A DNA stretch of 64,000 bases, taken from contig NW_002060959.1 of assembly GCF_000150275.1 (NCBI RefSeq), positions 308,371 through 372,370 on the forward strand. Reading direction: 5' to 3'. The translations under genes were made by a program, and so were the position numbers. The notes beneath the pieces are model-generated. The model was given only the letters and a program-made list of their open reading frames with translations. It ran no database searches and had not been told where the DNA came from. This DNA is from Trichoplax adhaerens (lineage: Eukaryota; Animalia; Placozoa). Shown in pieces: positions 25,521-38,322 of the stretch (the first letter of the stretch is position 1; each line of letters opens with the position of its first letter).

Positions 25521-28500
25521 ATGGCCAATGTACAAGCCTTCGCAAAGCGTAGCCTCTACTATCTGAAGCAATTGCAATGGAGATGCTTGAGTTCTACCGT
25601 TCTATCTCACATGAGCAAATCTCCTTTACTGTTTGACAATGTTGAATTAGCATCTAACCGCTATGATATCCAAAGAGGAAATTTCGCTAAGGTTGGATGC
25701 TATTGTAGTGAATAAACTTTCTCAATGGTTCTTCACGTAAATTTAAATTTGTTATCAAAGGATATACAGTACACCACCAATAGAATCTACAAGAACAATA
25801 ATTGAGGATTCAACTCATAGTTGGTATATCTCTTTTAATAGGCCACTCAGCAAGATATTAATTATTTTAAAGATATCTTGTCTTCCCAGTCTGCTGTTAT
25901 TACTGATGCAGAAGAATTGATAGGGTCCAATACCGATTGGCTACGAGTTGTAAGGTATGAATATAGTGTTAATATTAGTCATCGATTGATCATAGGAAAG
26001 CATCAGATTTTTCATCTAGCAGTAGTATCAATACAGTTATGTTTTTCATGATATATAGTTCAACAATATAATAATAATTATGGTATTTGAGACTGATATA
26101 TTATTCAACGCTAGTGCTAAGCAATTGACTATTTGCTTGTAAATCGCTTGTTTAGTCCATCTAAATTAAAATGCTAACTCATCTTTATCTATATTTCATT
26201 ATAACTAAACGATAAATCAGTCTAAGAATTTGCTATGCTAATTAAAACTTAACTATTGTGTATTACAGAGGATCAGGCCCTGTCTTACTTAAGCCAGAGA
26301 ATACGGAACAAGTCTCAAAGATAATGCAATATTGCAACAACCGAAAGTAAGTGTGATCGCAATAAGCTGTAAAGTGTTGATCGATTTGACTCGTTGTAGT
26401 TATATACGTAGCTTTCAATCCTCTTATAAATTCCGTTAAACTCGATCGTTCATCAGATCTCTGCTTTATGCTATTTAATTCAATTATTATAAGGATAGTA
26501 CTAGTAATTTGTACAGCTAATGCTTCAATATTGCCATGTCTTATCAATATACTATACGTAATCTATTGTACTTTTATATTCAGTTTAGCGGTTGTTCCTC
26601 AAGGTGGTAAGACTGGACTTGTAGGTGTGTCTGTACGAGAGTGCACTAAATGATGAGAAGCTTTATACTTTTGTTGTTGTCTCAACGTTAATAACCACGA
26701 CAACTGCTGCAAAAATTTTCTCCTGTTTGAGTGAGATAGACTGTGTAAATATATTGAATCAATTGTTTACTTTATGTGCTATTTTCTGCTTCAAGGTGGT
26801 GGTGTACCGGTCTTTGATGAAATCATCCTGTCGACTTCGCGAATGAATAATGTTATTGATGTCGATAAAATATCAGGTAATGTGATAGATTGACTAGTAT
26901 ACAGTAGGAAGGCGTACAAATCATAGGTGTATTTCATCAAGTTCTATTTTTCTACAGGAACACTGGTTTGTCAACCTGGATGCATACTGCAAGAGTTAGA
27001 AGATAGACTGGATTCGGATAATTTTATATTACCATATGATCTTGGTGCGCGTGGAAGGTATTGCCTGTCTAACATTATTGAAAGTTTATTTCTTCCATTT
27101 AGCGCAGTATCTAATGTTGTAGCTTTTACGTTCATAGTAGAATACTAGTTGCTTGTTGTATTACCCATGAAATAGAAAATATTTCTACATCAGAATTTTA
27201 CTATATGATCTTGTTTATGGTATCTTGTAGATAGCTTCATTTCAGGCTTTGAATGATCAATAATTTGCAGTCTTGCTGTAGTATTTCCTTATTTTTATCT
27301 TGAATAGAGCTCTGTACACAGCTAAATATTTTATGGATTATTCTAAAAGACAATTATATTTATCTGCTAATCTAGTTGTCATATTGGCGGTAATTTATCT
27401 ACTAATGCTGGAGGAATTAGGCTAGTACGTTACGGATCTCTTCACGGTAGCGTTCTTGGTGTTGAAGCGGTAAGCTCTTCGTGTGTATCGATATTGAAAG
27501 TTACCGTTAGAGGTGTATACAAATGTTACCACCGATTATGTCAAGAACGTCATATGAAGTTTTTACCCAACGTTTAGGTCTTAGCAGATGGAACAGTGCT
27601 AGATTGTATGTCCACATGTCGAAAAGATAACACTGGTAGGGAGTTGATAAAATTTTGAGCTTTTGAAATTAAATTGAAATGTGAATAATAAATACTACAC
27701 TGTAATCAATTTTCACTTTAGGCTACGATTTAAAACAATTATTCATCGGATCTGAAGGAACTCTTGGCATCATAACTAAAGTTGCTATTGCCTTAGCTCA
27801 GAAACCAAGGGTACTAATCCCGCAAGTTAATGATAACAGACACAATGTAGTAAACCATGGCAAAGTGTAATTTAATCAGGGTAATATTTGTAGGCTCAAT
27901 GTGTCGCTCTTATTGGTTGTAACAACTTTGAAAATGTTAAACAAGTATTCTCATCAGCTAGAAAGGATCTCTGTGAATATCTTTCAGGTAATCAGTTAAT
28001 GATTGTAACTAGTTTACTAGATAATATTATATCGAATTAAGAAAATATTTTCTTTCTAGCTTGTGAATTCATGGATTCCAAAATTATGTCACTTGTCGAA
28101 AATCATTTAAAGCTAACTAATCCTGTTCAGACTTCATCATTCTATGTTTTAATCGAGGCTTCAGGATCCTCAGAACAGTATTGTAAAACGGTAACTACCA
28201 TTCTTGATTAGGTTTTATTTCATATTGATAACTTATTGTCATGATGAAGCTGACGATATTTGCATTGTCTATCTGCAACTTCAAATATGATACACTACTA
28301 CTATCTAATTATTGGTTATGCTTGCTTTCCATCTAATATAGGCATTACTAGATTTTTTAGAAACTTTAATAGAGAGTAAAGTCATTAAGGAGGGCATCGT
28401 CGCAGATAATTCTGTTCAGGTTATTAAAATACTAAGTCATTGCTTATTGATTACTGTAAATATAAACTGATATTGTCATTTTCATAGATAAAAGATGTTT

Positions 28501-29296
28501 GGGCTTTGCGGGAGAGGGTGTTGGAAGCTTGCCAGCATGATGGCTATGTTTTCAAAGTAATCAGTTTAGCTAAAAATTTTTCCATATTAGCTGGAGGACT
28601 TGAATCAAGATTATGATATCGGAAGCTAACAGAAAGATTCTTTGTTTTATTAGTATGATGTTTCATTACCTTTACGTGTATTCTATAATATTGTGGACGA
28701 TCTAAGATCACGATTAGGCTCTCAGGCTAAAAGTATTGGTGGATATGGCCATATCGGTGACGGTAAATGTTTAGTGACATAAAGTACATACTACTTGTAT
28801 ATCAATTGCAACACCAAATCAGATTTAAAATTTTACACAATTGTTTTATCTTAGGAAATTTACATATCAACATTACATGCGAGGAGTACAATAAACAACT
28901 AGAAAAAGCTATAGAGCCGTACATTTTCGAGTGGATAGGTATTCTTTCATTAACAACGTCTATTAATGATTTGACATATTAAAATCTAACAAAATAGAAT
29001 TTATTCATAGGTAAATATAAAGGTAGTGTAAGCGCCGAACACGGCATGGGTTTTATTAAAAGAAAATATATGAACTACTCTAAATCTGAGGCTGCATATA
29101 ACACCATGAAAGGCATCAAGCAATTACTAGATCCTAAAGTACGATATATAAATATTTAATTATCATTAAACCTATTCAATGCATATCATGAACTACTATA
29201 GAATAACAGTATCGTCTCTCGGTGAATAACAATTATTATAATTACAAATTTTAGGGTATCCTTAACCCATACAAGACAATTCCTGATCAATATTAA
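25521..29296 (+). CDS. D2HGDH: D-2-hydroxyglutarate dehydrogenase, mitochondrial (multi-exon)
   Basis: Exons encode [70 protein letters not shown] and DPKGILNPYK, with a basic N-terminal transit-like peptide. Confidence 0.93.
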
Positions 29297-30070
29297 AGTC
29301 GTCAAAAGGATAACATATGATTTGTAACTTTAAATCATATTGAAGATATTACGCTGCGAAATTGATTTACTGTTATTAACCAAGTTTTATGATTTTTCGT
29401 ATTTATTTCAACCATGCTATGTAAAATACTGAATGAGTTAAACCATCTTATTTTGGCTACAATTTTACAATTACAGCGTCGGATGATGGATATCTAAATA
29501 TAACAACTAGCTGATCATTTGACATACGTATGATTGAATAAATAATTTAAATATTTAATTATAGCTTTAATACGGGTAACGTCTTTTATGATTTTGGAAT
29601 TTTGTCAATAATTAATAAATAGCATCAAAATATCAATCATATAAATAAAAGTGATTCCGACGGATAAAATGTAGTGCAACCGTAGTGTACTATGTGATTT
29701 TATATGGTACTAATGATTTGACATGATATCCATAGGTCATAGTAATAGCTAATGGATTATTGTCTGAAGCAAATTAAGCTACACTTGTATATAAGTTTCT
29801 TACCAGATTGTATTAATTATATATCATAGATTCACGCCAAATTAAGTTAAAATATATGAGATACAAACATTATTATTGTTCTAAAATTAACGTACGCTTT
29901 TTTGCTAAATAATTTATGCCAATTTACTTTGAAAATAATTATAGTAACTTTATCATTGGAATACAGTACATTGCAGCTATGGGAAGGTAAAAATTTTCAG
30001 TTTATAAATTAACTGACATGAAAGCTCGACGGTCATCAAACACACTTACCTGTCACCCTTATCTTTACTC

Positions 30071-30838
30071 AAAAGTCATTATAAACGTTTCCAGTTTTAT
30101 TATTCAATTTGTTACCAAAGGTGAATAGTCTTGCTAACATAAAACGTACGTAAGTAGAATACTGTTGTTGTAATTTATATCATTTTTTGCGTAAGGGGTT
30201 GCGTTGTTATTTATTTTTGCTCGTATCAATGAAATCTATTACCATCTCACATTATACGGTGCTTAACGTCAGTTACAACGTAAAAATAATACTTAATACT
30301 CTAGCGACTATAACACTTTGGCTTATTTTAATCGTACGATTGTATGAGGACTACACTCGCATTTTGCTTTAAATCGCCATCGGTAAATAGGCATGGATAG
30401 AATTTCATAACATTAGCATGATTTGAAAACTTTTATAAGAAACATTGTCACAGGATTAGGTTATAAAAGAATGACACAGTGATAGCTAGCAACACAAAAT
30501 AGTCTATCTATACGGACATTAACTAAGCATTTTTTGTATAACATAACGATCAACTTATTAACATATTTCGATATTCTATTACTTAAATACTAAATTTAAA
30601 TACGTGGGAAGCAACTAGCAATTGCTAAATTGAAATATGTAGAAGGTATAGACAGGAATCGTGATCAGAGCTGCAACAGACGACGTTGTGTTGCATACTT
30701 GCATACACGAAAACTAGAGCATAAAAATGTTAGGAAGAGATAAAAAAATTACTAGCGACGCTTAATCTTGATCTATACGCCGTCTGTTTGCTGACTTATG
30801 ACAGAATAATATCGAGTTATTCGTCGAGTTGGATCGAA
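30071..30838. repeat. Diverged tandem duplicate of the CYP 3' end and downstream flank (paralogous to ~30890-31765)
   Basis: Shared blocks AAAGTCATTATAAA, TATTTTTGCTCGTATCAA, CATCTCACATTATAC, CACGAAAACTA and CTAGCGACGCTTAATCTTGATC appear in the same order in both copies. Confidence 0.88.
30752..30838 (-). pseudogene. C-terminal fragment of a CYP4-clan P450 pseudogene
   Basis: Translates FDPTRRITRYYSVISQQTDGV*IKIKRR*, versus LDPARQVTRYYSVISQPTDGIWIKIKRR* in the intact gene; TGG has become TAG. Confidence 0.88.
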
Positions 30839-31676
30839 CAAATATATATGTTATAAATGCTCCATAGTTGCCAATCAACGACCTTATATAAAAGTCATTA
30901 TAAAAGTTTTTAATTAGATTATTCAATTATTTTTCAACTGGCAAGTAGTGTCACAGCATGATAATAATATGTAAGTAAAATATCGTTATTGTAACTGAGC
31001 ATCTTAATTTATTTGTATGTAAATTTCGTACTTATTTTTGCTCGTATCAACGAAACCTGCTATCATCTCACATTATACCGTGCTTAACTTCGGTTATAAC
31101 ATGAACATAATAATTGTCACCTTAAAGACCTTAAGGCTTTTACTAGTTTTAATCTTACGAGGGTATGAAGACTATTTATTGCTTTAAATTGTTATTAGTA
31201 AAAAAAATAATTTTGACAATTGTTTTTAGCAAGACCCTTGTAAAATCTGTAATTATATAATTATATGATGCTCTTGTTATGAAAACGGCGGATGGAGGGT
31301 GGCTTGTGCAGTTGGCATTATGCAATTATTCGCAAACTTTATTTTCGACATCGATATGGTTACTGCTTCTAGATGAAAAGCTGTTTAGGATTAGGTTTAA
31401 AAGAATAATAGAATGATTACTAGTTATGCAAAATAAGGCATCTACACGAACATTAATTAATCGTTTTGTGTATAACAAAACAAATAAATAATTAGATGAT
31501 ATGGTAAATACTAATTTAATTATATAGGTAATCGATTGTCAAGTGTTACATTGAAACATGTAAAAGCTACAGGCATAATTGATCGGTATCGGAATTGCGG
31601 TCAGAGTTACTCTAGACTCTTCGCACGCACGAAAACTATGGCATATAATTAATACAACGAAGTGAGAAAATAATTA

Positions 31677-33182
31677 CTAGCGACGCTTAATCTTGATCCA
31701 TATACCGTCTGTTGGTTGGCTTATGACTGAATAATATCGAGTTACTTGTCGAGCTGGATCTAACTCTATTTCGTAATTGTATATAATCTTGGCTAAAACA
31801 ATTTTAAGTTCTTCTAACGCAAAATTCTTTCCAATACAATTACGTGGACCTGCAGAAAACGGGATATAATCATATGCATCTCGTTTTTGGATATTCTCTT
31901 CTGAGAAACGTAACGGATTAAAACGGTCTGGTTCAGGCCAAATTTCTGACCTGCGAGCGAGAATATACAGTTGTATAACGATATGTGTACCAGGTGGTAA
32001 TACTTTACCGTTTATTTCAACGTAATCGTCTAATTTCCTTTCAATATTCGGTACAACAGCATATAAACGCATGGCTTCTTTAATACACATTAACGTATAG
32101 GCTAATTTATTATTTAAGTCGTCCCACTCTAAATCATCTTTATGATTTAATATAGCATCGGCCTCTTCTCTAACTTTAGCTTGATGCTCGGGATTCTTTG
32201 CTAAGCAATATAGCGTCCACGATAACGCACTCGAGGTCGTATCATGGCCAGCAAACATAAATGTATTAATTTCATCATTGATTTCTTTGTCACTTAAGCA
32301 ATTACCATCCTCATCACGTGTTTGTAAAATAATATCAATAAAATCCAAACGGCGCTTTTGATTACTGTCATACTGATTTGTATTTTCTTTCAAGAGTTGC
32401 CTTTTTTCACGAATAATTTTCTCTGTAAATTGATGGACGAATTTACAAAGTCGATAATATCGTCTACCACTTTCCGTTAATCGATATAACCAATCGACGT
32501 AACCTGTGATCCGAAATAATCTTTCTGTAATTAGATAACTTAATTGATAAACAGCATTGACATACGGATGTCTTTCATGAGCTGTTTGACAATCGATTTT
32601 AAGTGAAAAAGCACTTTGCAAGATAACATCGAAGGCTAATAATTTCATATCTTCGTACAAATTGAAACTAGCATGATTGTCGGCATGCTTATTCCATTTC
32701 TGTATAAGAACATCGGTACAGCGATTATGTATGGAAACATATGACTTTAATATATCGAAATGGAACGCATTGGTTAATAATCTTCTATTCCTACCCCATT
32801 TATTACCATTGACGCCGATTAATCCATCACCTAGCCATGTTTTAAGCCAAGCATAACTCCAATCTCCTTTTGGCGCGGATGATTTAATAATACTTCGAGC
32901 TGCATCAGCGTTATTACAGAATAGAAAGGGATAGAGGCCATACCAGTGAACGAAACAAGTCTTATACTCGGTAGATCGCTTTTCAAGCATTTGAACACAT
33001 TGCTCGTTAGGTTGAGTTAACTCTTTTAAATGGCCGAAAAACCAATGCTTGGGAGGACTAGGGAATTGCTTGAGCGCCTTACATATTTCAAGATACTGGC
33101 GAATATCATCTCTTCGCTGTAATATTAAACTAACAACAAGGACTATTAATATAGTCAATAATGTGATAAAAATAGATATCAT
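31677..33182 (-). CDS. Cytochrome P450, CYP4 clan, intronless CDS (~501 aa)
   Basis: N-terminal TM anchor, PPxHWFFGH, I-helix EINTFMFAGHDTT, ExxR (EAMR), PLRF and heme motif FSAGPRNCIG. The first ATG is at 33182; the ORF track starts at a TTG. Confidence 0.96.
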   Translation of the reverse strand: MISIFITLLTILIVLVVSLILQRRDDIRQYLEICKALKQFPSPPKHWFFGHLKELTQPNEQCVQMLEKRSTEYKTCFVHWYGLYPFLFCNNADAARSIIKSSAPKGDWSYAWLKTWLGDGLIGVNGNKWGRNRRLLTNAFHFDILKSYVSIHNRCTDVLIQKWNKHADNHASFNLYEDMKLLAFDVILQSAFSLKIDCQTAHERHPYVNAVYQLSYLITERLFRITGYVDWLYRLTESGRRYYRLCKFVHQFTEKIIREKRQLLKENTNQYDSNQKRRLDFIDIILQTRDEDGNCLSDKEINDEINTFMFAGHDTTSSALSWTLYCLAKNPEHQAKVREEADAILNHKDDLEWDDLNNKLAYTLMCIKEAMRLYAVVPNIERKLDDYVEINGKVLPPGTHIVIQLYILARRSEIWPEPDRFNPLRFSEENIQKRDAYDYIPFSAGPRNCIGKNFALEELKIVLAKIIYNYEIELDPARQVTRYYSVISQPTDGIWIKIKRR

Positions 33183-34293
33183 CTCGTTAACGTTACAATA
33201 TAGCAATTATTTCTGAGATAAAGAGCAGAAAGTGAAAGAAAATGTCTAATGGTTATGACCACGTCTGGTAAAGTAAGTTGTACAAGTTACACCATCCTCA
33301 GACCGCTTTTATACTAATATTGACAAGCTAATTTTACACATGGCGCTGATTTAGCCCATAGTAGACTTGCATAGCAGTTATACTATGATACTGTAGAAAT
33401 AAGTATTACGATGTTTGATGTATAAATCGATATGTAGCGAATAGTATAGCCTCTAATCAACTTATTAATATGTAATTTATTCTGTATCTCTTTTGTTATT
33501 TAGGATTCTTTTGTATATCGTCAATAATATGGCGAAAACCGATATCATCTTGTCACGGTTGCAAATTCATAATTCTTTCCTTAATTAAAAGTTTGCGAAA
33601 AGCGAAAGATTATGACTGAAACCATGACTGATAGAATAAACTACACATACCAATAACGCTTTCTTCAGACTATTTTTGTACTCGTCGAAACAATCTCATT
33701 GCCACTCATCGCATTTGTATAACCTTCACTAGATTGGAGTAGCAACTTTTCTCTATTGCTGTAGGAATAGTTATTACTTTTACTGTCGATGTAACAAATT
33801 AAAAGTCAGATACAAAAGACAGAATGGATATTACAATTGTTAATTTCGATTCCTCTCAAGCATCCCAGACAGAACTATAAATATTCCATTCCCTATTCTA
33901 CTCATTAGACAACTAGACCACATATCACGAGCAGCAGGATTCAAAGCAATTTATTACTAGCCTTGAAAAACATGTAGTCATCCATTTAATTTCCTCTTTC
34001 TATGCAACAAATGATACGCATGTATGTTATATATATATATATATCTTAGCATATATATAATAATTAATTTAAATTGTAGCGAATTATTATATAAATATAT
34101 AAATACATATATATTATCTGATATGTTATATATATATAAGCCGAGATCGTAGAGGTCTCATAAAGTCTCATATGGAGTAAGACTTCCGGACGGACGCAAG
34201 AGCAAGCATCTTCACAGTGCAAGGCTTCAGTATATTAGTTTGGGTACTGTAAGAGTGAGACAGAAGTCCTACAGTATCTGAGATCTCTGCAAG

Positions 34294-35515
34294 ATGGCAT
34301 CCAAAACGATTGCGAATATGGCTGGTAGAGTACCTATTAGCACATTTTCAAAGCAAAAACAAGTCCAACACATGATCAAGAAATTGACAATCTTCGATGC
34401 TGAAATGGCGTATATTGATACAGGTAGTTATGACTCAGAACTGTTCATTCTAGAAGTAGAATACAGTAATCACTTCAGATTGTACATTAATTTTGACAAG
34501 GGAATAAACTGTGATGAGCCTAGCTGTAGCTTATGTTGTTATCCAAATTTAACGTCAAAGTAATTATTCAACATAATAATCAATCATGGATTACTACAAA
34601 TTCAATCTTAAAGTATTCAATTGGAAAACTTGCATGAATAATATGTTATAAGAATGAAATTGTGAACTTCGATTTCTAATATGATTATGTCAATTCTCAA
34701 TCTTAGGTTCTGGTCGAGGTGATCCTGTAGTTTTCTTTCATGGCAACCCGACTTCAACTTATCTTTGGCGGAACATTATTCCTATTGTGAGCGATCAATA
34801 TCGATGCCTAGCACCCGATCTTGTTGGTATGGGCAACTCGACAAAGATTGTATCAGAGTATCGTTATGCCGATCATTATAATTATATCGAGCAGTGGATG
34901 GATCAAGTCCTACCCAGTGGTAGGGTTAATATTGTATGCCATGATTGGGGCTCTGGAATCGCTTTCAATTGGTGTTATAGGCATCCAGAACGTGTCAACA
35001 GTATCGTCTTTATGGAAGCCTTAGTTGGACCATCGTCTTGGAAAGGATTTCCATCAATTTCACGTAAGGCATTCCAGCGACTACGATCAAAAGAAGGTGA
35101 AAAGATGGTACTTGATGACAACTTTTTTATAGAAAAACTCTTACCTCTCAGTATCATGCGTAAACTCAGTGACGAAGAGATGGAATGTTATCGTCGACCT
35201 TTCGTACAAATGGGGGAAGCACGCCGACCTACCTTGACATTTCCTCGTGAGATTCCATTTAGAGAAGATGGTCCAGCAGATGTTTTCGAAATTGTCGTAA
35301 ACTATTCCAAATGGTTATCCAAAAGTACCGTACCTAAATTATGCATACTTGCTGAGCCTGGCTTTTTCTCCAAGGGAATTCAAAAGTTTACATCAGCGTG
35401 GAACAATCAACGTTTTGCTACAGTCAAAGGATTGCATTTCTTGCAAGAAGATTCACCAGAAGAAATTGCTCAACTTATTCTCGATTTTCTGCCATCCTTT
35501 CATTCGAGATTATAG
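34294..35515 (+). CDS. Haloalkane dehalogenase / Renilla-luciferase-like alpha/beta hydrolase, copy 1 (exons 34294-34423 and 34707-35515)
   Basis: MAYIDTG|SG...FFHGNPTSTYLWRN, APDLVGMG, HDWG nucleophile, FMEA acid, GLHFLQED base; C-terminus HSRL. Confidence 0.93.
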
Positions 35516-35964
35516 TTAGGAAGAGTACAAACGATCGAAAGTTTCTTGTCAACATCTGTCATTCTATCATTTATAGAATCACAGTTTGTATTTTAATTTC
35601 TGGCCTAGCTGTGCAGTTAATAACATTAACGGCACGGCCTAGTCTAGCTATTAGTCAGAATGGAATTGCTTGTAACGTTATACAAAGTGTTGCAATCTAG
35701 CGTAGCAAAGTAATTACGCACTTTTAATGCTGCTATCCAGCTAAAAATTTTATATTCCCATTATTAGTCCATTATTTTGTATACGTATGTATAGTATAAC
35801 ATAAGCGTTGGGAGATAATGCAATTTTTACTTGATATGTTAACTGTTATGATGATGAAATTGGCTCTATAATGCTAGCCATTTTTGTAATAATAATACAA
35901 AATTTAGAAAGCAGGTCAAGCCTGGCCCATTAAAGTGAATGGTTTGCATCAATGTCGTCATTGT

Positions 35965-36270
35965 GTAGTTTAATTTGTTTTATTTTTTAAGGCGGATTTT
36001 ATTAATCCATTTGGTATGCTGCTAATGGTAAAGGAAGAATGAGAAGTGAAAGGACCTGTGCTTGCTTAGTTATTATTGATGTTGTAGTTAGGAGTTAAAG
36101 TACTTGAGCTTTGTTTAGTTTAATTCGTTTTATTTTATAAGACGGATTTTATTTATCCAGTTGGTATACTGCTAATAGTAAAGTAAGAATGAGAAGTGAA
36201 AGTACCTGGGGTTACTTAGTTATTATTGATGTTGTAGTTGGAAGTTCAAGTACTTGTGCTTGCTTAGTCC
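35965..36270. repeat. Two diverged ~140-bp direct repeats
   Basis: AAGAATGAGAAGTGAAAG and TTAGTTATTATTGATGTTGTAGTT are each duplicated. Confidence 0.8.
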
Positions 36271-36954
36271 TTCTTCTCATGATGCGCGTATCATTCATGA
36301 GCGAAAGGCAGTTTACGCCGAGCTTTATCCTTTTAAGGTTAACCATGAAGAGGTTCTATTTGATCTGCTGTAGAAAGCGTATAAGACTAGTTCTCTGCAT
36401 TTTCTTAGGAACACTTTAATGCACTAGCATTTTATCTATTCAAAGCGCAGGCATAAATAATTACTATAAGCATTGCATACAGCCATGAAGGTGTATACGC
36501 AGGTAGGTAGACAAGGTCACGGAAGTTGATGGGAATGCCTGTGCATTTTCGATCGACTTTAATCTCTATTTGGACCATCGTCATTTGTAATAATTAATCA
36601 ATATATATACGCATACTACAACATAGATCGTATAAATAAATTGAAGATCGCGACTCGTGACCTTACGCATCCACAACATTAACTGAAGACTGACAAGCAT
36701 TTTGGCTACGATTGGGACATCGTCGTCTCTGCTTTTATTAATACTTGTCCTGTATTTCTAATAAAATATTATTGGTACAAGATCTTAGCCTATTCTAAGC
36801 TATGTCAAGAACAACTGTGTATCCTCAATTTGTTAAGAAATCGGTAGTTCTTTTCGCCATTGTAAGATTTCGCTTATTTCACTTGACTTCAATTTGATCA
36901 ATTTGTTAAAATTAGCGAAACACTATCTTACTGTATCTCACAAAGTGCTTATCT

Positions 36955-38322
36955 TCAGAGAATTACTAAATTAGTTAATACTGAAGGAATCTTAAAATTG
37001 ATGCGACACAACAGCCATTGATGACAGAATGGAGGCATTAATAATCTTACATTTGCCTACTCAAGGCTCCGGTAGTCCAGTCGCTAAGATATCCTTCCAA
37101 TTCGACATACTATCAATTATCACAGATCTGCAGTTCAAGTACTAGAGTATTACTTAATTAGTTGATACTAAAGGAATCTTAAAATCGACGCGGCACTACA
37201 GCCATCGATGACAGCCTGGAGATATCAATAACCTTGCATTTGCCTACTCAAGCCTTCAGAGGTCCCAGTCGCTACGATATCCTTCCAAATCGATATACTA
37301 TCGATTATTATCAATCATCACAGATTCGCAGTCCAAGTACTAGAGTATTACTTAATTAGTTAACACTGAAGGAATCTTAAAATCGACGCGGCACTACAGC
37401 CATCGATGACAGCCTGGAGATATCAATAACCTTGCATTTGCCTACTCAAGCCTTCAGAGGTCCCAGTCGCTGCGATATCCTTCCAAATCGATATACTATC
37501 GATTACTATCAATCATCACAGATTCGCAGTCCAAGTACTAGAGTATTACTTAATTAGTTAACACTGAAGGAATCTTCAAAATAGACGCGGCACTGCAGCC
37601 ATTGATGACAGAATGGAGGCATCAATAATCTTGCATTTGCCTACTCAAGCCTCCAGTGGTCCCAGTCGCTATGATATCCTTCCAATCCGACATACTATCA
37701 ATCATCGCAGATTCGCTGTCCAATTATTAGAGTATTACTTAATTAGTTAACACTGAAGGAATCTTCAAAATAGATGCGGCACTGCAGCCATTGATGACAG
37801 AATGGAGGCATCCATAATCTCGCATTTGCCTATTCAAGCCTACAGTAGTCCAGTCGCTAAGATATCCTTTCAATCTGACATACTATCAATTACTATCAAT
37901 CATCGCAGATTCGCAGTCCAAGTACTAGAGTATTACTTAATTAGTTAACACTGAAGGAATCTTCAAAATAGACGCGGCACTGCAGCCATTGATGACAGAA
38001 TGGAGGCATCCATAATCTCGCATTTGCCTATTCAAGCCTACAGTAGTCCAGTCGCTAAGATATCCTTTCAATCTGACATACTATCAATTACTATCAATCA
38101 TCGCAGATTCGCAGTCCAAGTACTAGAGTATTACTTAATTAGTTAACACTGAAGGAATCTTCAAAATAGACGCGGCACTGCAGCCATTGATGACAGAATG
38201 GAGGCATCCATAATCTCGCATTTGCCTATTCAAGCCTACAGTAGTCCAGTCGCTAAGATATCCTTTCAATCTGACATATTATCAATTACTATCAATCATC
38301 GCAGATTCGTAGTCCTAGTACT
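36955..38322. repeat. Tandem repeat, ~198-bp unit, ~7 copies
   Basis: ACTAGAGTATTACTTAATTAGTT at 37141, 37339, 37537, ~37726, 37924 and 38122. Confidence 0.95.

Noticed and set aside
34020-34140. (TA)n-rich tract between the CYP and HLD copy 1
   Set aside because: Ordinary low-complexity microsatellite.
36955-38322. CRISPR-like or coding interpretation of the 198-bp array
   Set aside because: Whole units repeat with no unique spacers, the context is eukaryotic, and the frames inspected contain stops.
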